DNA of 64,000 nt. It comes from Eledone cirrhosa (lineage: Eukaryota). The stretch covers positions 144,212,001-144,276,000 of the forward strand of contig OZ024741.1 in NCBI GenBank assembly GCA_964016885.1, given 5' to 3'. Position 1 is the stretch's first letter, and every line of letters begins with the position of its first letter. Below are positions 13,418 through 27,623 of this stretch, piece after piece. The translations under genes and the position numbers were made by a program. The notes under the pieces were generated by a model, which did no database searches, had not been told where the DNA came from, and saw nothing but the letters and a program-made list of their open reading frames with translations.

Positions 13418-13500
13418 GTATGTATGTATGTATGTATGTATGTATGTATGTATGTATGTATGTATGTATGTATGTATGTATGTATGTATGTATGTATGTA

Positions 13501-13557
<57 letters not shown>

Positions 13558-14286
13558 TTGTATGTATGTATGCATCATATATCATACATTCGGTGTTTAA
13601 TTGTTGATATTTGTAATATAATGGATGTAAACATGCCCGAATGGTTAAGAAGTCTCAGAATCCTAGTGTCAGAGCTGGAGTGAAAATAATTGGATTGATA
13701 GAAACTGTATGGAAGCCCGTTAGATGTCATTCAATAGCCCAGCTTTGTCACGCACCGTACCATGCAGGATTTTATTTAAGAATTACTCTAAGGGTTCGAA
13801 CGCCTGTGGAATACTCAGCCACGTACACTATTACACTACAATTCAAGGAATAGGCACTTCAATTGTTCGAAACACTAGAGTATGCACACTCGAAAGCGAC
13901 GAAGATCCATTTACAATATTTTAATGCTCCCTTCGGTCATGATTCACCATGGGTTTGCACCTGGAAAGATCAAGGCGCATGCTTGGGTAAGATGCTTTGT
14001 GAATAACAGGCAGTCACCCATGGAATCCAGTCCTCTCTTACTATATATGTCGTCGAACATAAAAAGAAATGTCGATGCAGCTTAGTATAGAGACATCGCG
14101 GGGAAACTCAGAACGAAATCTGCCGAAAGATGTATCACAAGTCATCACATCCGGCGCTTTATCAATTCGGCCAATCCACCGTTCTGGATTGGTACTTTAT
14201 TTACCGACCCGGAAAGAATGAAAAGCAAATTTAAAATTGGTGGGATTTGAACTCAAAGAGCAGAGAGCTGGGTATGTGTATATGTA

Positions 14287-14376
<90 letters not shown>

Positions 14377-14702
14377 CCCCCCCCCCATATATATATATAT
14401 ATATATATATATGCATGCGTGTGTGTACGTATATATATATATATGTATTTTTACATTTGGGCTACACAGGCAGAATCCGAGTACTGCAACTGTCAAGTCT
14501 GTTTCAAACAAGAAATGTCTCAGGACTGTCAATACTTGCAATATTTGTTCGAATCTAAACCTTTTACTCAGTCTGGCTAATTTTCGCCTAAACAATGCAA
14601 ATATATAAAATCCCATATTTTAATTTACTATACCTCAAAGAATATAGCATTGTTTCAACTTTATAACTTAAAATGATAATCTTAATACATTTCGCTGCAC
14701 AT

Positions 14703-14885
14703 AATTGTTTCTACTTTTGGCATAAAGCCAGCAATTACCCCAATGCATTACTGGTACTTTATTTTATCGATCTCATAAGAACGAAAGGCAAAAACCTCAG
14801 CGGGATTTGAACTCAGGACATAAAAGGCCATAACTCTATGCTGCATAAGATGATGTCTGATGCTCCACCGATACTGCCAATCCAC
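14703..14885 (-). mobile_element. tRNA-derived SINE (family of 5689-5873)
   Basis: Reverse-complement match. Confidence 0.85.
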
Positions 14886-15503
14886 AATGTTATCGAGGTA
14901 GATCACTTTTGTACAGAATCGAATTAGGAATTTGCCATGATTTTAATATAGAAATACATTTAAAGTTAAAGAAGAAAGTATTTTTTTCTACCAGTCTCTA
15001 CCACACTAAACAATCATAGAATTAGTGCGCCGTAATTTTGCTTGTTAAATGTAAACAAACTATGGGGGACATACTTACAACTCAATGTCCCCTGAACCGA
15101 CTTTATTTCCTCACAATTTTCTTAAAAATACATATATTGTAGAGATACATTTTCGAAGATGTAGAATATAGATTTCTTGATAAAAATATATCTGTATACA
15201 ATTCCCAGTTGTTGGAAAGACATTATCCTGATTGAAATTATTCTTTAATACACCCGCCACCACCACTATCATCATCACAACCGCCGCCACCATTGCCCCC
15301 CCCCCCCCCCCATCAACACAGCAGACGTTGACTACAACAACCACAACACAAAAACAAACATCAACAGAACAACAATGACAGTAAGAACACAGGCACAATT
15401 AAATACAAACAAGAATAATAGTTTGTTGGGTGGTACAGTTATAGTGATTGATTGACTGACTAGCTGGCATTAAAGATTTCCCACAATGCAAAACAAAGAA
15501 AAC

Positions 15504-15654
<151 letters not shown>

Positions 15655-15973
15655 AAAACGAAAACAATGGCAGCCACTGAATACGAACGCCATAAAATGA
15701 TTTAGTTTAAAGATGGGAGACTTTTTGATGTATTTAAAAAAATCTTCATTGAATGTGTGTAAACTTTTTTCAATGAAACCTTAAATTGAAATGTGTGCAT
15801 TGGCATGTGTTGGCATATGTTGGCATGTGCCTTGACATAATGCACCAGTTGACAACTGTATATTATATAGAATAAACTATTTACGCCAGCAATCTGATTT
15901 TCTTTACTTTCGGTATTTTCTGTATTTCTTGAATTTTGACATGTCATTGATATCAAGGACATCTTTATATATA

Positions 15974-16056
15974 CAGAGTGTCCTGAAACATGTATATACA
16001 CTTCAACAGCATTCTAATAAATATTGCCTGTACAAGTAATTAATTATATTTAGGAC

Positions 16057-16062
<6 letters not shown>
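15974..16062. mobile_element. Possible tiny Tc1/mariner-type MITE
   Basis: TA-flanked imperfect TIRs cagagtgtcctgaaa / tttaggacacccta. Confidence 0.4.
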
Positions 16063-16132
<70 letters not shown>

Positions 16133-16139
<7 letters not shown>

Positions 16140-16390
16140 ATACTTTGGGAGGGTCATGTTGCCAATAAGAAACACACGCACCAGTTGCTTTCACTTCAAT
16201 TTATTATAATAAATTTATAAATTTAGGAATTTATAAATTTCCGGTTGGTTGGTTGGTTCCACAACCAGATGGTTGTTTATATATTGTCAAAGTTCTTTCG
16301 TCACACATTCTGTGACCTCTTCAGTGACTGGGGATTCTTTTCTTTGTTTTTGTGCCTCTCCTTTGTTCTGTCCTACGCCATCTTGTTTCT
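16133..16390 (-). mobile_element. PLE pLTR fragment (family A) in (TA)n
   Basis: Matches 5942-6200 and 53812-54060. Confidence 0.9.
16286..16328 (-). ncRNA. Type I hammerhead ribozyme, family A
   Basis: Same sequence as 6098-6140. Confidence 0.8.
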
Positions 16391-16596
16391 TGAAGACAGA
16401 TATTTATATCTGTCTTCAGTCGTCAGAACGAATAAATAAATAACACGGTGTGTTTATTAAATATGGATTTAAATATCTGTCCTCAAGAAACCACTGGTAA
16501 ATGAAATACTTGTCTTATGTTGTTTATTCCATAACTAAAAAGCTCTGTAGCCTACATAGAGCACTCTCTTTTCCTGTACCTTTCCTACGGAAATAC

Positions 16597-16600
<4 letters not shown>
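16385..16600 (+). mobile_element. Short pLTR 3' end with fold-back, half hammerhead and conserved hairpin
   Basis: Inverted pair tttcttgaagacagatattta / taaatatctgtcctcaagaaa, then GAAA tacttg TC, then gctc-tgta-gcc-taca-ta-gagc-ac. It ends in (TA)n. Confidence 0.5.
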
Positions 16601-16682
<82 letters not shown>

Positions 16683-16925
16683 TGTATGTGTGTGTATAGT
16701 TCTAGATAAATGAGACGAACAGAGGTACAAAAACACTGAGTTTTAAAATGAAATGCATAGAAAATGTAGGAAGTTCAGACGCAGAAAATATCTACAAACA
16801 CATTTCGTTGCTTATAAATCGGATAAAATACCTCTATAGACGGAATAAAGTGGCAAGCGGTTGCTACGAGGGATCGAACTTCATATCGTTCAGATATCGG
16901 CTGACTACTCCAGCCATAGAGCTAA

Positions 16926-17260
16926 GTGGCCCCTCCCAACCCGCCCATCACCACCTTTAATCACCGTGACCTTAATGTATATAGTTCCTCCTATTCCTTC
17001 CCTGGTGTTCCATTTGGTTCTTGTACCCGCTCATGCCCCCGCTGTAATACCTGTCCTTTCATAACCAATCTCACCACTCTCACGGGTACGAATCATTCCT
17101 TTCACGACAGCCACACCTTAATCTGCACCTACACCAGTGTTGTCTATGCCATTCTGTGTTCCCTTTGCGGGTCCATATATATCAAAATAACAGGCCGGCT
17201 TCTGGGGTACCGATTCGCAGAACACCCGAGGGACATATGGCTTGGCAAAACACCCCATTT
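16926..17260 (+). mobile_element. Neptune-type PLE GIY-YIG fragment
   Basis: CPRCNTCPF..ICTYTSVVYAILCSLCGSIYI..TGR.LGYRFAEH. Confidence 0.8.
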
Positions 17261-17266
17261 ATCCTT

Positions 17267-17350
<84 letters not shown>

Positions 17351-17811
17351 TCTCTTACACCTACATATATGCACGCATGCACACATATACACACAGCTTC
17401 CCCAATACATACATTCACTCACACAACACCTGCATTTACCACCCAACACACATAACACTCAAATACCTACTCACACACATGCATATTCATCTTATTGGAG
17501 CCATCGGTCTCACTACACATTAGATTTAGCCTTCCATGGACATTCATACACACATACACACTGTTGCATCATATATACATACATCTTCCTCCATGGTCAC
17601 TCTAACACCACCTATATCACTCCTTTACCTCATTCCCCCTACACATTTAAATGCACGTGAGTGTATGTGCATGCGTGCACGCGTATGTATATACACTTGC
17701 TCAGGCATTACACACCACCGACACACAACACTTAGAGGCTCACGCTTGAGGGTGCAGGTGTGTTTGTGTTTACTGCGCGTGAGATTATGTTCGGTACCAC
17801 CCATTAAAAGT

Positions 17812-18062
17812 GAAGGCGCATGGCTTAGTGGTTAGAGCATAAGGCTTGCAATCGAAAGGTTGTGAGTTCAATTCTTAGATCGGGTCCTTGAGCAAGACAC
17901 TTTATTTCACGTTGCTCCAGTTTACTCAGCTGAAAATGAGTACCAGCAATAGCTGGAGGTTTAATCCTGCGATGGACTGGCGTCCTGTCCAGGTGGGAGT
18001 CTTGTACTCTCAGTCGCTTCACGCCATGAAACCGGGATAAACACCGGCCAAATGAGCCTTCT
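17812..18062 (+). mobile_element. tRNA-derived SINE, second family (Meta/V-like body)
   Basis: A-box tggcttagtgg, B-box gagttcaattc, body gtccttgagcaagacacttt and cctgcgatggactggcgtcctgtccagg. Confidence 0.8.
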
Positions 18063-18786
18063 GACTTTTTAGACCACCCATTACCGGAACTATGTCATCG
18101 TCGATGTTAAAAGTTTTCCAATATTTCCTCCGCCTCTCATCACTTCCCGACTCTACCCCTATCCAGTCTAGCCGTTTGGTGTTGTACCGCTATATCGTCG
18201 TCTCTTGAAGCTCCGCACTTTTTCTTACAGTCATACTCACGACATGTGACACGGGGACATATACGTTTGCCATAGTCTTCCGTTTTCTGCAACGCATTAT
18301 GGCCTGTGCTCATATGTATGTGTGTGAATATACACATACACACGTATGTACGCCTATACACCTACCCAACTGGTCCACCTGTCACTCCCTACGTTGGTCA
18401 GCTCATGCGCCCGCATTTTTCTTTTCCTTTGTTGTTGTTGTTGTTGTTGTTGTTGTGTGTGGTGGTGGGGAGTTGTGGCTTACCTGTGATTTTAGCCCTG
18501 ATCGAGCACTCCTATGTTAAAATTAAATCCAGCCCTTACCATCTCATATTATCCAACATGTAGGCAGCCTAGGAGCACATGATCCGAGTCCTTATTTCAA
18601 GTATGTAGGGTGTGATTTGAAGGATATTTGACTGTTATTTATATGATAGCAGTCAACTGCATGTAGTACAGAGTAATGAGATATTTTAAAATTCTACACA
18701 GTTAATCAATGTTTAAAGGTTCAATATTCCAATATTACCATATCGATTGGTTTAGTATTTTCTTCGAAATCTATTCCATCACCATC

Positions 18787-19022
18787 GACTCTTCGTCTGA
18801 GCGGGACTAACCATTTATCGTTAAGGCACCAACTCTTCGTCTGAGAGAGACCATCCCTTCGTTTGGTAGGAACTATCTCTTCGCATGAGAGTGACCGTCC
18901 CTTCGTCTGAGAGGGAACATCCTTTTGTCTGAGAAGTATAAACCTTCATCTGATAGGGAACAACTCTTCATCAGAAAGGAACAAATTCTACGTCATTGAG
19001 AGACATACTCTTCGTTTGAGAG
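18787..19022. repeat. Degenerate ~22-23 bp minisatellite (cttcgtctgagagg..)
   Basis: About ten diverged units are visible. Confidence 0.7.
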
Positions 19023-19307
19023 GGGAAAATATTCAACTAGCAGTTTTATCGAACGTAATTCCTTTACGTAATAAAACAATGTCGTTGATCAGTGTCGTGA
19101 AACAAACATAAAATGAAGTGTTCACATCAACAATGTAACCAACATGCATTAATTCACCACTCATACTTTACAGGGTCATCAAAGACGGTCATAGAACAGA
19201 GTAATTAAACAAGATAATATACATGGTCGTAAAACAATGATGTCAATCATGGCTGTAAAACTGATGAACAACAGTGTTCAGTGTAAGAAGAGTGTTGAAC
19301 GATCCAG

Positions 19308-19361
<54 letters not shown>

Positions 19362-19421
19362 TAATAATAATAAATTTGAAGACTAAAATCCAAAGAGGGC
19401 CCAATAAGGATAAATATATAT

Positions 19422-19483
<62 letters not shown>

Positions 19484-19689
19484 GTATATATATGTATATA
19501 TATGTACCACGCACCTTCATATATATATATATGAAGGTGCGTGGTAGTGGTTAGAGAGTTGGATATACAATCGTGAGGTTGTCAGTTTGAATAGTATAGA
19601 AGGTGTACCGTATTATGTAAGTGTGGAAAAAAAGTTAAGAAAGTATAGAAATCGATATTAATGTGGTTGAAAATCAGTTGAATTTATTG

Positions 19690-20420
19690 AGTAAGGAGTT
19701 GGCATCGAGATGTACGAGTAGACATCCACTAACTATTTCGTTCTTAGAGTTCAAACAATTATTGTTCGCAGACGATAAAACCTGTAATATCCTAAATTTT
19801 TCACTGAGGCAGAGACAAAATATCTCGGTAGTTTCCACGTAATTTTATGTGGGACTCCTTTCTCCTTTAATTGCAAGACTCCTTTTGCCAGGGCCATGCT
19901 GGCTCCCATATCAGGATTCCTGATGGAATTGAGATGCGAGTAAAAAGCTTTGTTTAGAACTATCTTGCACCATATCCACATATCTTTCACTAACTTCAGG
20001 TTTTTCTGTGGTGTTGTGTGTAATCTTCTGCCTCTTACACAATGGTTTTGATATTTATTACATTTCTATCGGAGAGGGCAGTTCTCTTTAATTCTACAAG
20101 AGTAAATTGGATTTAAGTCGGGTTTATTTTTTGTGGTAATTTTTGGTTTCATAAAGCCACAGGCATAAAATATTTTGACGGAATTGCAATTGAAGATTTT
20201 ACTGTATCTATGTTGTGGTGAGAAATCTCTATCAATTAGATCTAAAAACCTCTTGCCTACATTAGTCTATACGTTAAGAGAAAAGGGGGTCGAATCAGAT
20301 AATTCTTCTTTTTTCTGTTGGCATATTTAGTAAGGTTGGGTTGGGATTAATTGGGTGTGTACTTAATTTTGTCCTTAAACCCATTTTCTAGGAGAGCTTG
20401 GTGGTAACGTTAACAGTCTT
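19690..20420 (-). mobile_element. Degraded Naiad-type PLE 3' coding fragment
   Basis: Hand translation gives NV.TNVGKRFLDLIDRDF.PQHRY.KIFNCNSVKI, similar to 41430-41560. Confidence 0.65.
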
Positions 20421-20486
20421 TTCCTGCTATTTCAAGCGTTAAACTAATATATTTCTTCAATGCAGTGTCGTTTGTTTTGTTCACCC

Positions 20487-20597
<111 letters not shown>

Positions 20598-21458
20598 ACA
20601 CACACACACACACCGACACACACATTTCTTCCTTCAATTCCAATTCTAATTATCGATCAGAAGCTGTCGAAAAGTCCCCGTTGGTCCAATTTTACAGCAA
20701 GACTAAATACATATCGATATGTGGTTATATGTTTATATATTCATAATCCACGCTACGTTGGTGGTCCACATATACTACCTATATTACACGTGTACCTGAA
20801 ATCAAGAAAATTCCCCAAACAGTATGACAGTCGAAGATGAACTAGCTAATGAACAAGTGTCGCTTTACTTCTAGACATCAAGGTTAACAATCAGTTATTG
20901 GCAGGAGACTGGTTGTCAAAATTGTCCTTCAACAATCTAATCAACTTAAAACTAAGAAGATTAATATTTCCAGGTCTTTCAAGTAAATTAACATCCTCCG
21001 GATGCATTATGGTTCGATATTGTTGTTGTTTTGAATGGCGTGGATAATAATAATTGGTGATAGGGATAGTGATGATGACAGGGACGATGGATCGTGACGG
21101 TGAAGAAGTCAGTTTGATTTAAATCGTAATATCCTTTATCACATAAAATTGCATTAGCAAGACATCCTTGAAAATTATAAAACAGCACTATGACTCTATT
21201 AAAACTTGAAGTCTTTAGTTTAAAACAGCAAATTTTTACAAAGATCTGTAAAAATATTACAAGCATGCGAATTAACTAACCACATGAAACTGCATTAGCG
21301 AGACATTGAAAAGTATAAAATAACACTATTACTGCATTGCATGAAAATTTGAAGTCTTTACTCTAATATGACAAATTTTGGCAACAATCTGTCCACTACT
21401 AAAAACACAATAAACATTTAAATTAATAAACCATTAATATATATATATATATATATAT

Positions 21459-21650
21459 ATTGGTAAACGGAATAGAAAATGCTGACAAATTGTTCACAGT
21501 GAAAAATAGTTTAATTAGGTATAAATGAGAATTAGTAATTGTATTGGTTAGTATTCAGTTTTGGTTTTAAGTTTTACCGGTTGCGCATTTCTAAATGCTT
21601 TTCAAAAATAATTTTGAGATAGAGCGTCCGTGATGTTTGCTCTGATCTCG
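21459..21650 (-). mobile_element. 3'-end fragment of the repeat at 12590-12780
   Basis: Reverse-complement match that ends in (TA)n. Confidence 0.8.
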
Positions 21651-22090
21651 TAAGAGTCAATGGCCATCCAAAATCACCGGGAGAGATGACCACTTAGCCT
21701 TTGTCAAGGCAGAATTCTAGGAGAAGGAAAACTCTGATATAACACCTGCAACCCTGATGGTATCCAATGATGTTGACTTGTTCTTCTTTTTGGTAAATAT
21801 CATCTTGGTTAAGAGAGTGGGACTGGCTTTGTGCAGTGCCTTTGCTCACTATAAAAGCTTCACGGCACAGGCATTGCTTTATATCTGGAGATCTCTCTGC
21901 ACTTTTCGTCACATGGTACCATGGGCCCAGCACTATGTGTCAATAATTGTCACAAGTGTAGTGTTTGTACCAGAGTTTTCAAGTCGCTGGCTGGACTAAA
22001 AAGTCACACTCGTTTAGCGCATCGGTAGGGGTTCTCCTACATGGATATAAAGTAGTGGCCGTACTCGAAAACGAGTTGGCAGCTACCATA
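21651..22090 (+). mobile_element. 5'-truncated RTE-derived non-autonomous element
   Basis: Copy of 8421-8860. Confidence 0.85.
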
Positions 22091-22098
22091 TATGTATG

Positions 22099-22168
<70 letters not shown>

Positions 22169-22710
22169 TGTATCTATATGTATGTATATATATATGTATG
22201 TATATGTATGTACGTATATGTGTGTATATATATATATATGTATGTATGTGTATATATGTATATATGTATATGTCTGTGTATGTATATATGTATGTATGTG
22301 TGTATGTATGTGTATATATGTATATATATATATGTGTATATATATATATATGTATATATATATATGTGTATGTATGTATATGTATGTATATATATATATA
22401 TATGTATGTATATATATATATGTATGTGTGTATATGTATATATATATATATATATGTTTGTATGTATGAATATATATTTATATATGTACGTATGAATATA
22501 TATGTATGTATGTATGAATGTATATATATATGTGTATGTATGAATATATGTATATATATGTATGTATGTATGAATATATATATGTATGTTTGTATGAATA
22601 TATATTTATATATATGTATGTATGAATATATATATATATATATGTATGTATGTATGAATATATATATATGTATGTATGTAAGAATATATATATATATGTG
22701 TATGTATGTA

Positions 22711-22789
<79 letters not shown>

Positions 22790-23011
22790 GAATATATATA
22801 TATATATGTATGTATGAATATATATATATATATATGTATGTATGAATATATATATATATATATGTATGTATGAATATATATATATATATGTATGTATGAA
22901 TATATATATGTATGTATGTATGAATATATATATGTATATGTATGTATGTATGAATATATATATATATATGTATGTATGAATATATATATATGTGTATGTA
23001 TATATGTATGA

Positions 23012-23044
<33 letters not shown>

Positions 23045-23124
23045 TGTATGTATGTATGTATGTATGTATGTATGTATGTATGTATGAATATATATATGTA
23101 TGAATATATATATATATGTGTATG

Positions 23125-23190
<66 letters not shown>

Positions 23191-23270
23191 TGTATGTATG
23201 TATGTATGTATGTATGTATGTATGTATGTATGAATATATATATGTATGAATATATATATATATGTGTATG

Positions 23271-23336
<66 letters not shown>

Positions 23337-23346
23337 TGTATATATA
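22091..23346. repeat. ~1.25 kb compound (TA)n/(TATG)n satellite with higher-order tatgaatata units
   Basis: Seen directly. Confidence 0.95.
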
Positions 23347-23780
23347 TCTCTCCCGGTGATTTTGGATGGCCATTGACTCTTAAGAGCTCCTTTGCCCTTT
23401 GAGCTTCTAGGAGAAGGAAAACTCTGATATAACACCTGCAACCCTGATGGTATCCAATGATGTTGACTTGTTCTTCTTTTTGGTAAATATCATCTTGGTC
23501 AAGAGAGTGGGACTGGCTTTGTGCAGTGCCTTTGCTCACTATAAAAGCTTCACGGCACAGGCATTGCTTTATATCTGGAGATCTCTCTGCACTTGTCGTC
23601 ACATGGAACCATGGGCCCAGCACTATGTGTCAATAATTGTCACAAGTGTAGTGTTTGTACCAGAGTTTTCAAGTCGCTGGCTGGACTGAAAAGTCACACT
23701 CGTTTAGCGCATCAGTAGGGGTTCTCCTACATGGATATAAAGTAGTGGCCGTACTCGAAAACGAGTTGGTAGCCACCATG
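23347..23780 (+). mobile_element. RTE-derived non-autonomous element with 5' inversion
   Basis: 23347-23402 is the reverse complement of element-internal sequence and is joined to the sense-strand ttctaggagaagg. Confidence 0.85.
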
Positions 23781-23842
23781 TATGTATGTATGTATGTGTA
23801 TCGAGTGCTACTGGTAACATGTAACCCAGTACAAACTGTCTC

Positions 23843-24280
23843 ATGGTCGGGTCGTCGGCGACTAAACTAGCTACCCCACCAAGCTTGCTTGGTGAGGAGG
23901 GTGATATTTGGACACCCTGCGGTATGAAATACAAGACCCGGCAAAGGGCGGAGGAACTCAGCAGAGTCAATGGCCATCCAAATAGTACTTTTTTTTTATC
24001 CCCACGTAGGAGAGGGAAACTCTGAAAAAAAAAAACCTGCAACTTCGGAAGCATCTGATGATGTTAACTAGTTCTCCTTTTCGGGTAATGTTTTCGATAC
24101 TCAGAGAGTGGGATTAGTCGAGTGCAAAGCCTTTACCCACTTAAAAAACCTTCAAAGCACAGGCATTGCTTGTTCAGGATATGTTACAGGTTCGTGTGGC
24201 TGACCATAGCCTAAAAGTGCACCAAACTCTGTAACCTGACAAGCCATTGCAGTACTCTTAGCAGAGTTTGCAGCCATCAT
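23843..24280 (+). mobile_element. Diverged subfamily of the RTE-derived non-autonomous element
   Basis: Same 5' blocks and 3' actct-tagc-agagt..gcagccatc(atgt)n, with a different middle. Confidence 0.75.
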
Positions 24281-24372
24281 GTATGTATGTATGTATGTAT
24301 GTATGTATGTATGTATGTATGTATGTATGTATGTATGTATGTATGTATGTATGTATGTATGTATGTATGTAT

Positions 24373-25612
24373 ATTCTGGTTTTGTATGTGTGGATTTGTA
24401 TGTTTTGAGTTGTATCTGTGCGTGTGCATATGTTTTGTATCTGTACATGTGTACATGCAGTTATTAGATGCAGAATATTTGGAATGTTTTACATATTTTT
24501 ACTGTTCCATTAATGGATTGTACTTGTAATTTCCTAACTAGTCGTGTTCTTTCTGTGTCTGTGAAGCCCAGCTTCTCAAGATTTGAACTGAGGCAGTTAC
24601 TAACATACCCCAGTGCCCCAATAATCACAAGTATAAATCTGAAGGTATAGACAGGGTGGAGTATCTGCAGATTTCTCATTAGTTCTGCATAAATATTCTC
24701 TTTTTCGCTAATCTTCAATATTATATTGGCATCAGCTGGGCAGCTAACTTCCACTACTGTGCATGCCTTCTTTTCCCTGTCCCATATCGTTATGTCTGGT
24801 CTGTTATGCTTGCATTTTATTGGGGTTTTGACTGGAATATTCCACCAGCACTCTTTCATATTATGTATGTGTATGTCTTCCACATTGCTGTAACTTTTGA
24901 TGTGTTTATTGTCGGGGCTATCTTTTCTACAGATTGCATTGTACAGTGTTTTGGCCACTACATCATGCCTCATAGGTAGATAGTTCCGTGATGACATCTT
25001 TGGACAGATGCTTATGACATGGATGAGATCTTCGATGTTAATTCTGCAGAGTCTGCATTTGTTGTCACATCTAGGTGTTTTGCCTGCATCCCTATCTCTT
25101 TTGTGAATCAGGTATTTTGTGTGGATTTCCTGTTCTTGGATTGCAAAAGCATATCCTTCAAAGTGGGAGCCAATATAGCGGTTGTTGGTCCAAGATAGAG
25201 TACTTTATTTATCTATATTACTCTCACTCTGGAGCTTTCTGGTAACATATACATGCATGATTTTTTGCTGATAAATATGCAGTTTTTCATCCATGGATTC
25301 GCTGCGCTATTGCTGGGCAATTTCCCTGGGTGTGAGATTTTGATTATCATGCAGGGAGTATCTTTCAAGGAGTTCCTTCCAAACTCTCATGATCTTACCT
25401 GTCTCATGCAGACAGACTTGCTCAATAGCTGGGCTCCTATGTTTGGGGGTTCGTAAATGTTGTCGGAGGGATATGATACGACATTCTAATGCTGTCTGGA
25501 CTGATGATAGGCCTATGCCTCCCCGCTTACGTTTCAAGTAGAGGCGGTCTATGTCACTGTTGATGTGGAAGTTTCCGGTGTTGTTTAGGATTTTCGAGTT
25601 CTAACATCAATT
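24373..25612 (-). mobile_element. 5'-truncated R4/Dong-type element (zinc knuckle plus restriction-like endonuclease) inside (TATG)n
   Basis: RGGIGL, CRLC..H...C, RHDVVAK, HNRPDITIWD, VEVSCP and IIGALG are present, with (CATA)n on both sides. Confidence 0.9.
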
Positions 25613-25932
25613 GTATGTATGTATGTATGTATGTATGTATGTATGTATGTATGTATGTATGTATGTATGTATGTATGTATGTATGTATGTATCCGAACGA
25701 AAATGACTATACAAAAACTCGATGACGAAGACGGAGAAACCTGGACAGGCGTCTCAGTTCATTTTTTCCGTTTTTTTCCTATTTTCTCAAATATTATTTA
25801 TAGTGATCGGGTATTGTTATAGTTGTTTACGTTGGGTTGAATATACGACTATATATATATATGTCTATATATATATAATATATATATATATACACACACG
25901 CACTCGCGCGCGCACAAACACACACACATACA

Positions 25933-26752
25933 TCTGTATATATATAGAATTAAGTATGTTTGTGTGTCTGTGTGTCTCTGTGTCTGTGTATTACATATAG
26001 GGGCCTACATCTTACGATCGATTTTCATGAAACTTTACAGGCTCATAGATTAGTCACCGAGGAGTGTTTTCTATATATCAGCGTATCGTTTTTTTTTTAT
26101 TCCGGGGTCATTCTGCAGATAAAAATTGATAGGGGGGCACCTTTTTTTAGGTATCGAAAAATAAGATTTTTGGCTCTAGCTCCCACATTTTTCCACCGAT
26201 TTCGTTCAAATTTTAAAGCAATATAGAATTTATCATTGCACATCCTGTAATGGCTTTATATTTTACATTTGTTCTTCAGGGACGGCGTGGCAGCCGCTTA
26301 AATATTCAAAAATAGCACTTTTAGACTCAAATTTCCACTTTTTCGGCTCTAGCTCCCACATTAATCAACCCACTTTGTTCAAATTTTACACTACGCTAGA
26401 TCTGATTATTTCACGTCTTTAAGTGGCTGTACATTTTGGATTTTTGTTCAGGAACGGCGTGGCAACCGCTTAAATATTCGAAAAATCACCTTTTCGCTCA
26501 AATTTCCACCTTTTCGGCTCTAGCTCCCACATTTTCCAACCGATTTCGTTCAAATTCGAACCCCCCCCCCCACAGCATGCCCCTTCGTCAGTCACCCGCG
26601 TTTCCCAGTGATAGAGGTCATCCACACCCTCCCCCGCATGGCCTGTGTATGGCCATAGATGAGTCATCGAGATGCAGTCCCTAAGATCAACACCTTTTCA
26701 TCAAAGCAGATATTATTTTACCTACCCAGGCAACGCTGGGTACTGCTGCTAG
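25933..26752 (+). mobile_element. Non-autonomous Helitron
   Basis: 5' TC after A, subterminal hairpin tacccag..ctgggta and 3' CTAG followed by T. It contains three internal ~172-bp repeats (ggctctagctcccacatt). Confidence 0.8.
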
Positions 26753-27112
26753 TATATATATATGTATATGTATCTTTATTATAAGATGTTATAAGTAGCA
26801 AATACAAATAAAAATCGCCCTCGCATTTCTTTCACTTCGAATGAACTAAATAAAGACGCGAGAGATTACCACTCGGTGATAGAGAGAGGATTGCGTAGAA
26901 ACGAAACCTACGCTCAACTCCAACTCAATACACTCAACCAATTATTATGCACGTTTATCCTACTCACTCTACTTTTACAACCACCATCTTCAAGTAAAAT
27001 TTCTTCAACAATGCGAATATTTTATTTGAGAAGAAAACACCCTCTCTCAAATATTTCAACAGCATACAGACATACTTGAAATTAATAACAAACTCTTATT
27101 ATTATTATTATT

Positions 27113-27392
27113 AGGCACGGAAGTGCCGTCAGCCGAGCCTGTCCGAGTAACCCTCGTTTCCGCCACGAGTAACCCTCGGAGGTTTCCCCCCTATTGGGGA
27201 ATTTTTCAGTGTTTCAATTTTCATTTTCATTGTTTATATATATATATGTTTCTATGTCTTTTTTTTTTCTTTTTTATATAAATAATAAAAATATTTACAC
27301 GCACAAAACCCGCATCGTACCGTCCTGTACCGTCCTGTGCCGTCTGTAATGTTTTTCTTGATGTCAGCCCTTGTGGCCAATAAAGAAATCAT
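27113..27392 (+). mobile_element. 3' stub of a related L1/Tx1 element between (ATT)n tracts
   Basis: Shares ccctcgga..cccccctattgggga and ttgtgg..aataaagaaat with 33070-33240. Confidence 0.75.
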
Positions 27393-27623
27393 TATTATTA
27401 TTATTATTGGCGACCTACGTAGTAAATCGTATCATCGTGAGCTCCGCAAAGGTTTGTTATTTTCAGTTATATAAAATTGCCATTTATGGAAATTTTTTAT
27501 TGTTAACTGTATATAAGTGCACATACATTGATTTCAGAAAAGGACACTCAAAAATATGGGGCCTTGAGCCCAAAATTTAAACTTTTTATAATTATCAAAC
27601 AAAAATTTTTTCTTTGAAAAATA

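Noticed and set aside
18787-19022. CRISPR-like repeat-spacer array
   Set aside because: Eukaryotic context, degenerate contiguous units, no unique spacers and no cas genes; it is a minisatellite.
20650-21000. Old Penelope RT N-terminal remnant
   Set aside because: Only a faint resemblance; too decayed to support.
22083-23623. Long YI/HT/CV-rich ORFs here and at 1039, 44200-45712 and 52234-52937
   Set aside because: They are translations of stop-free microsatellites, with no evidence of coding function.
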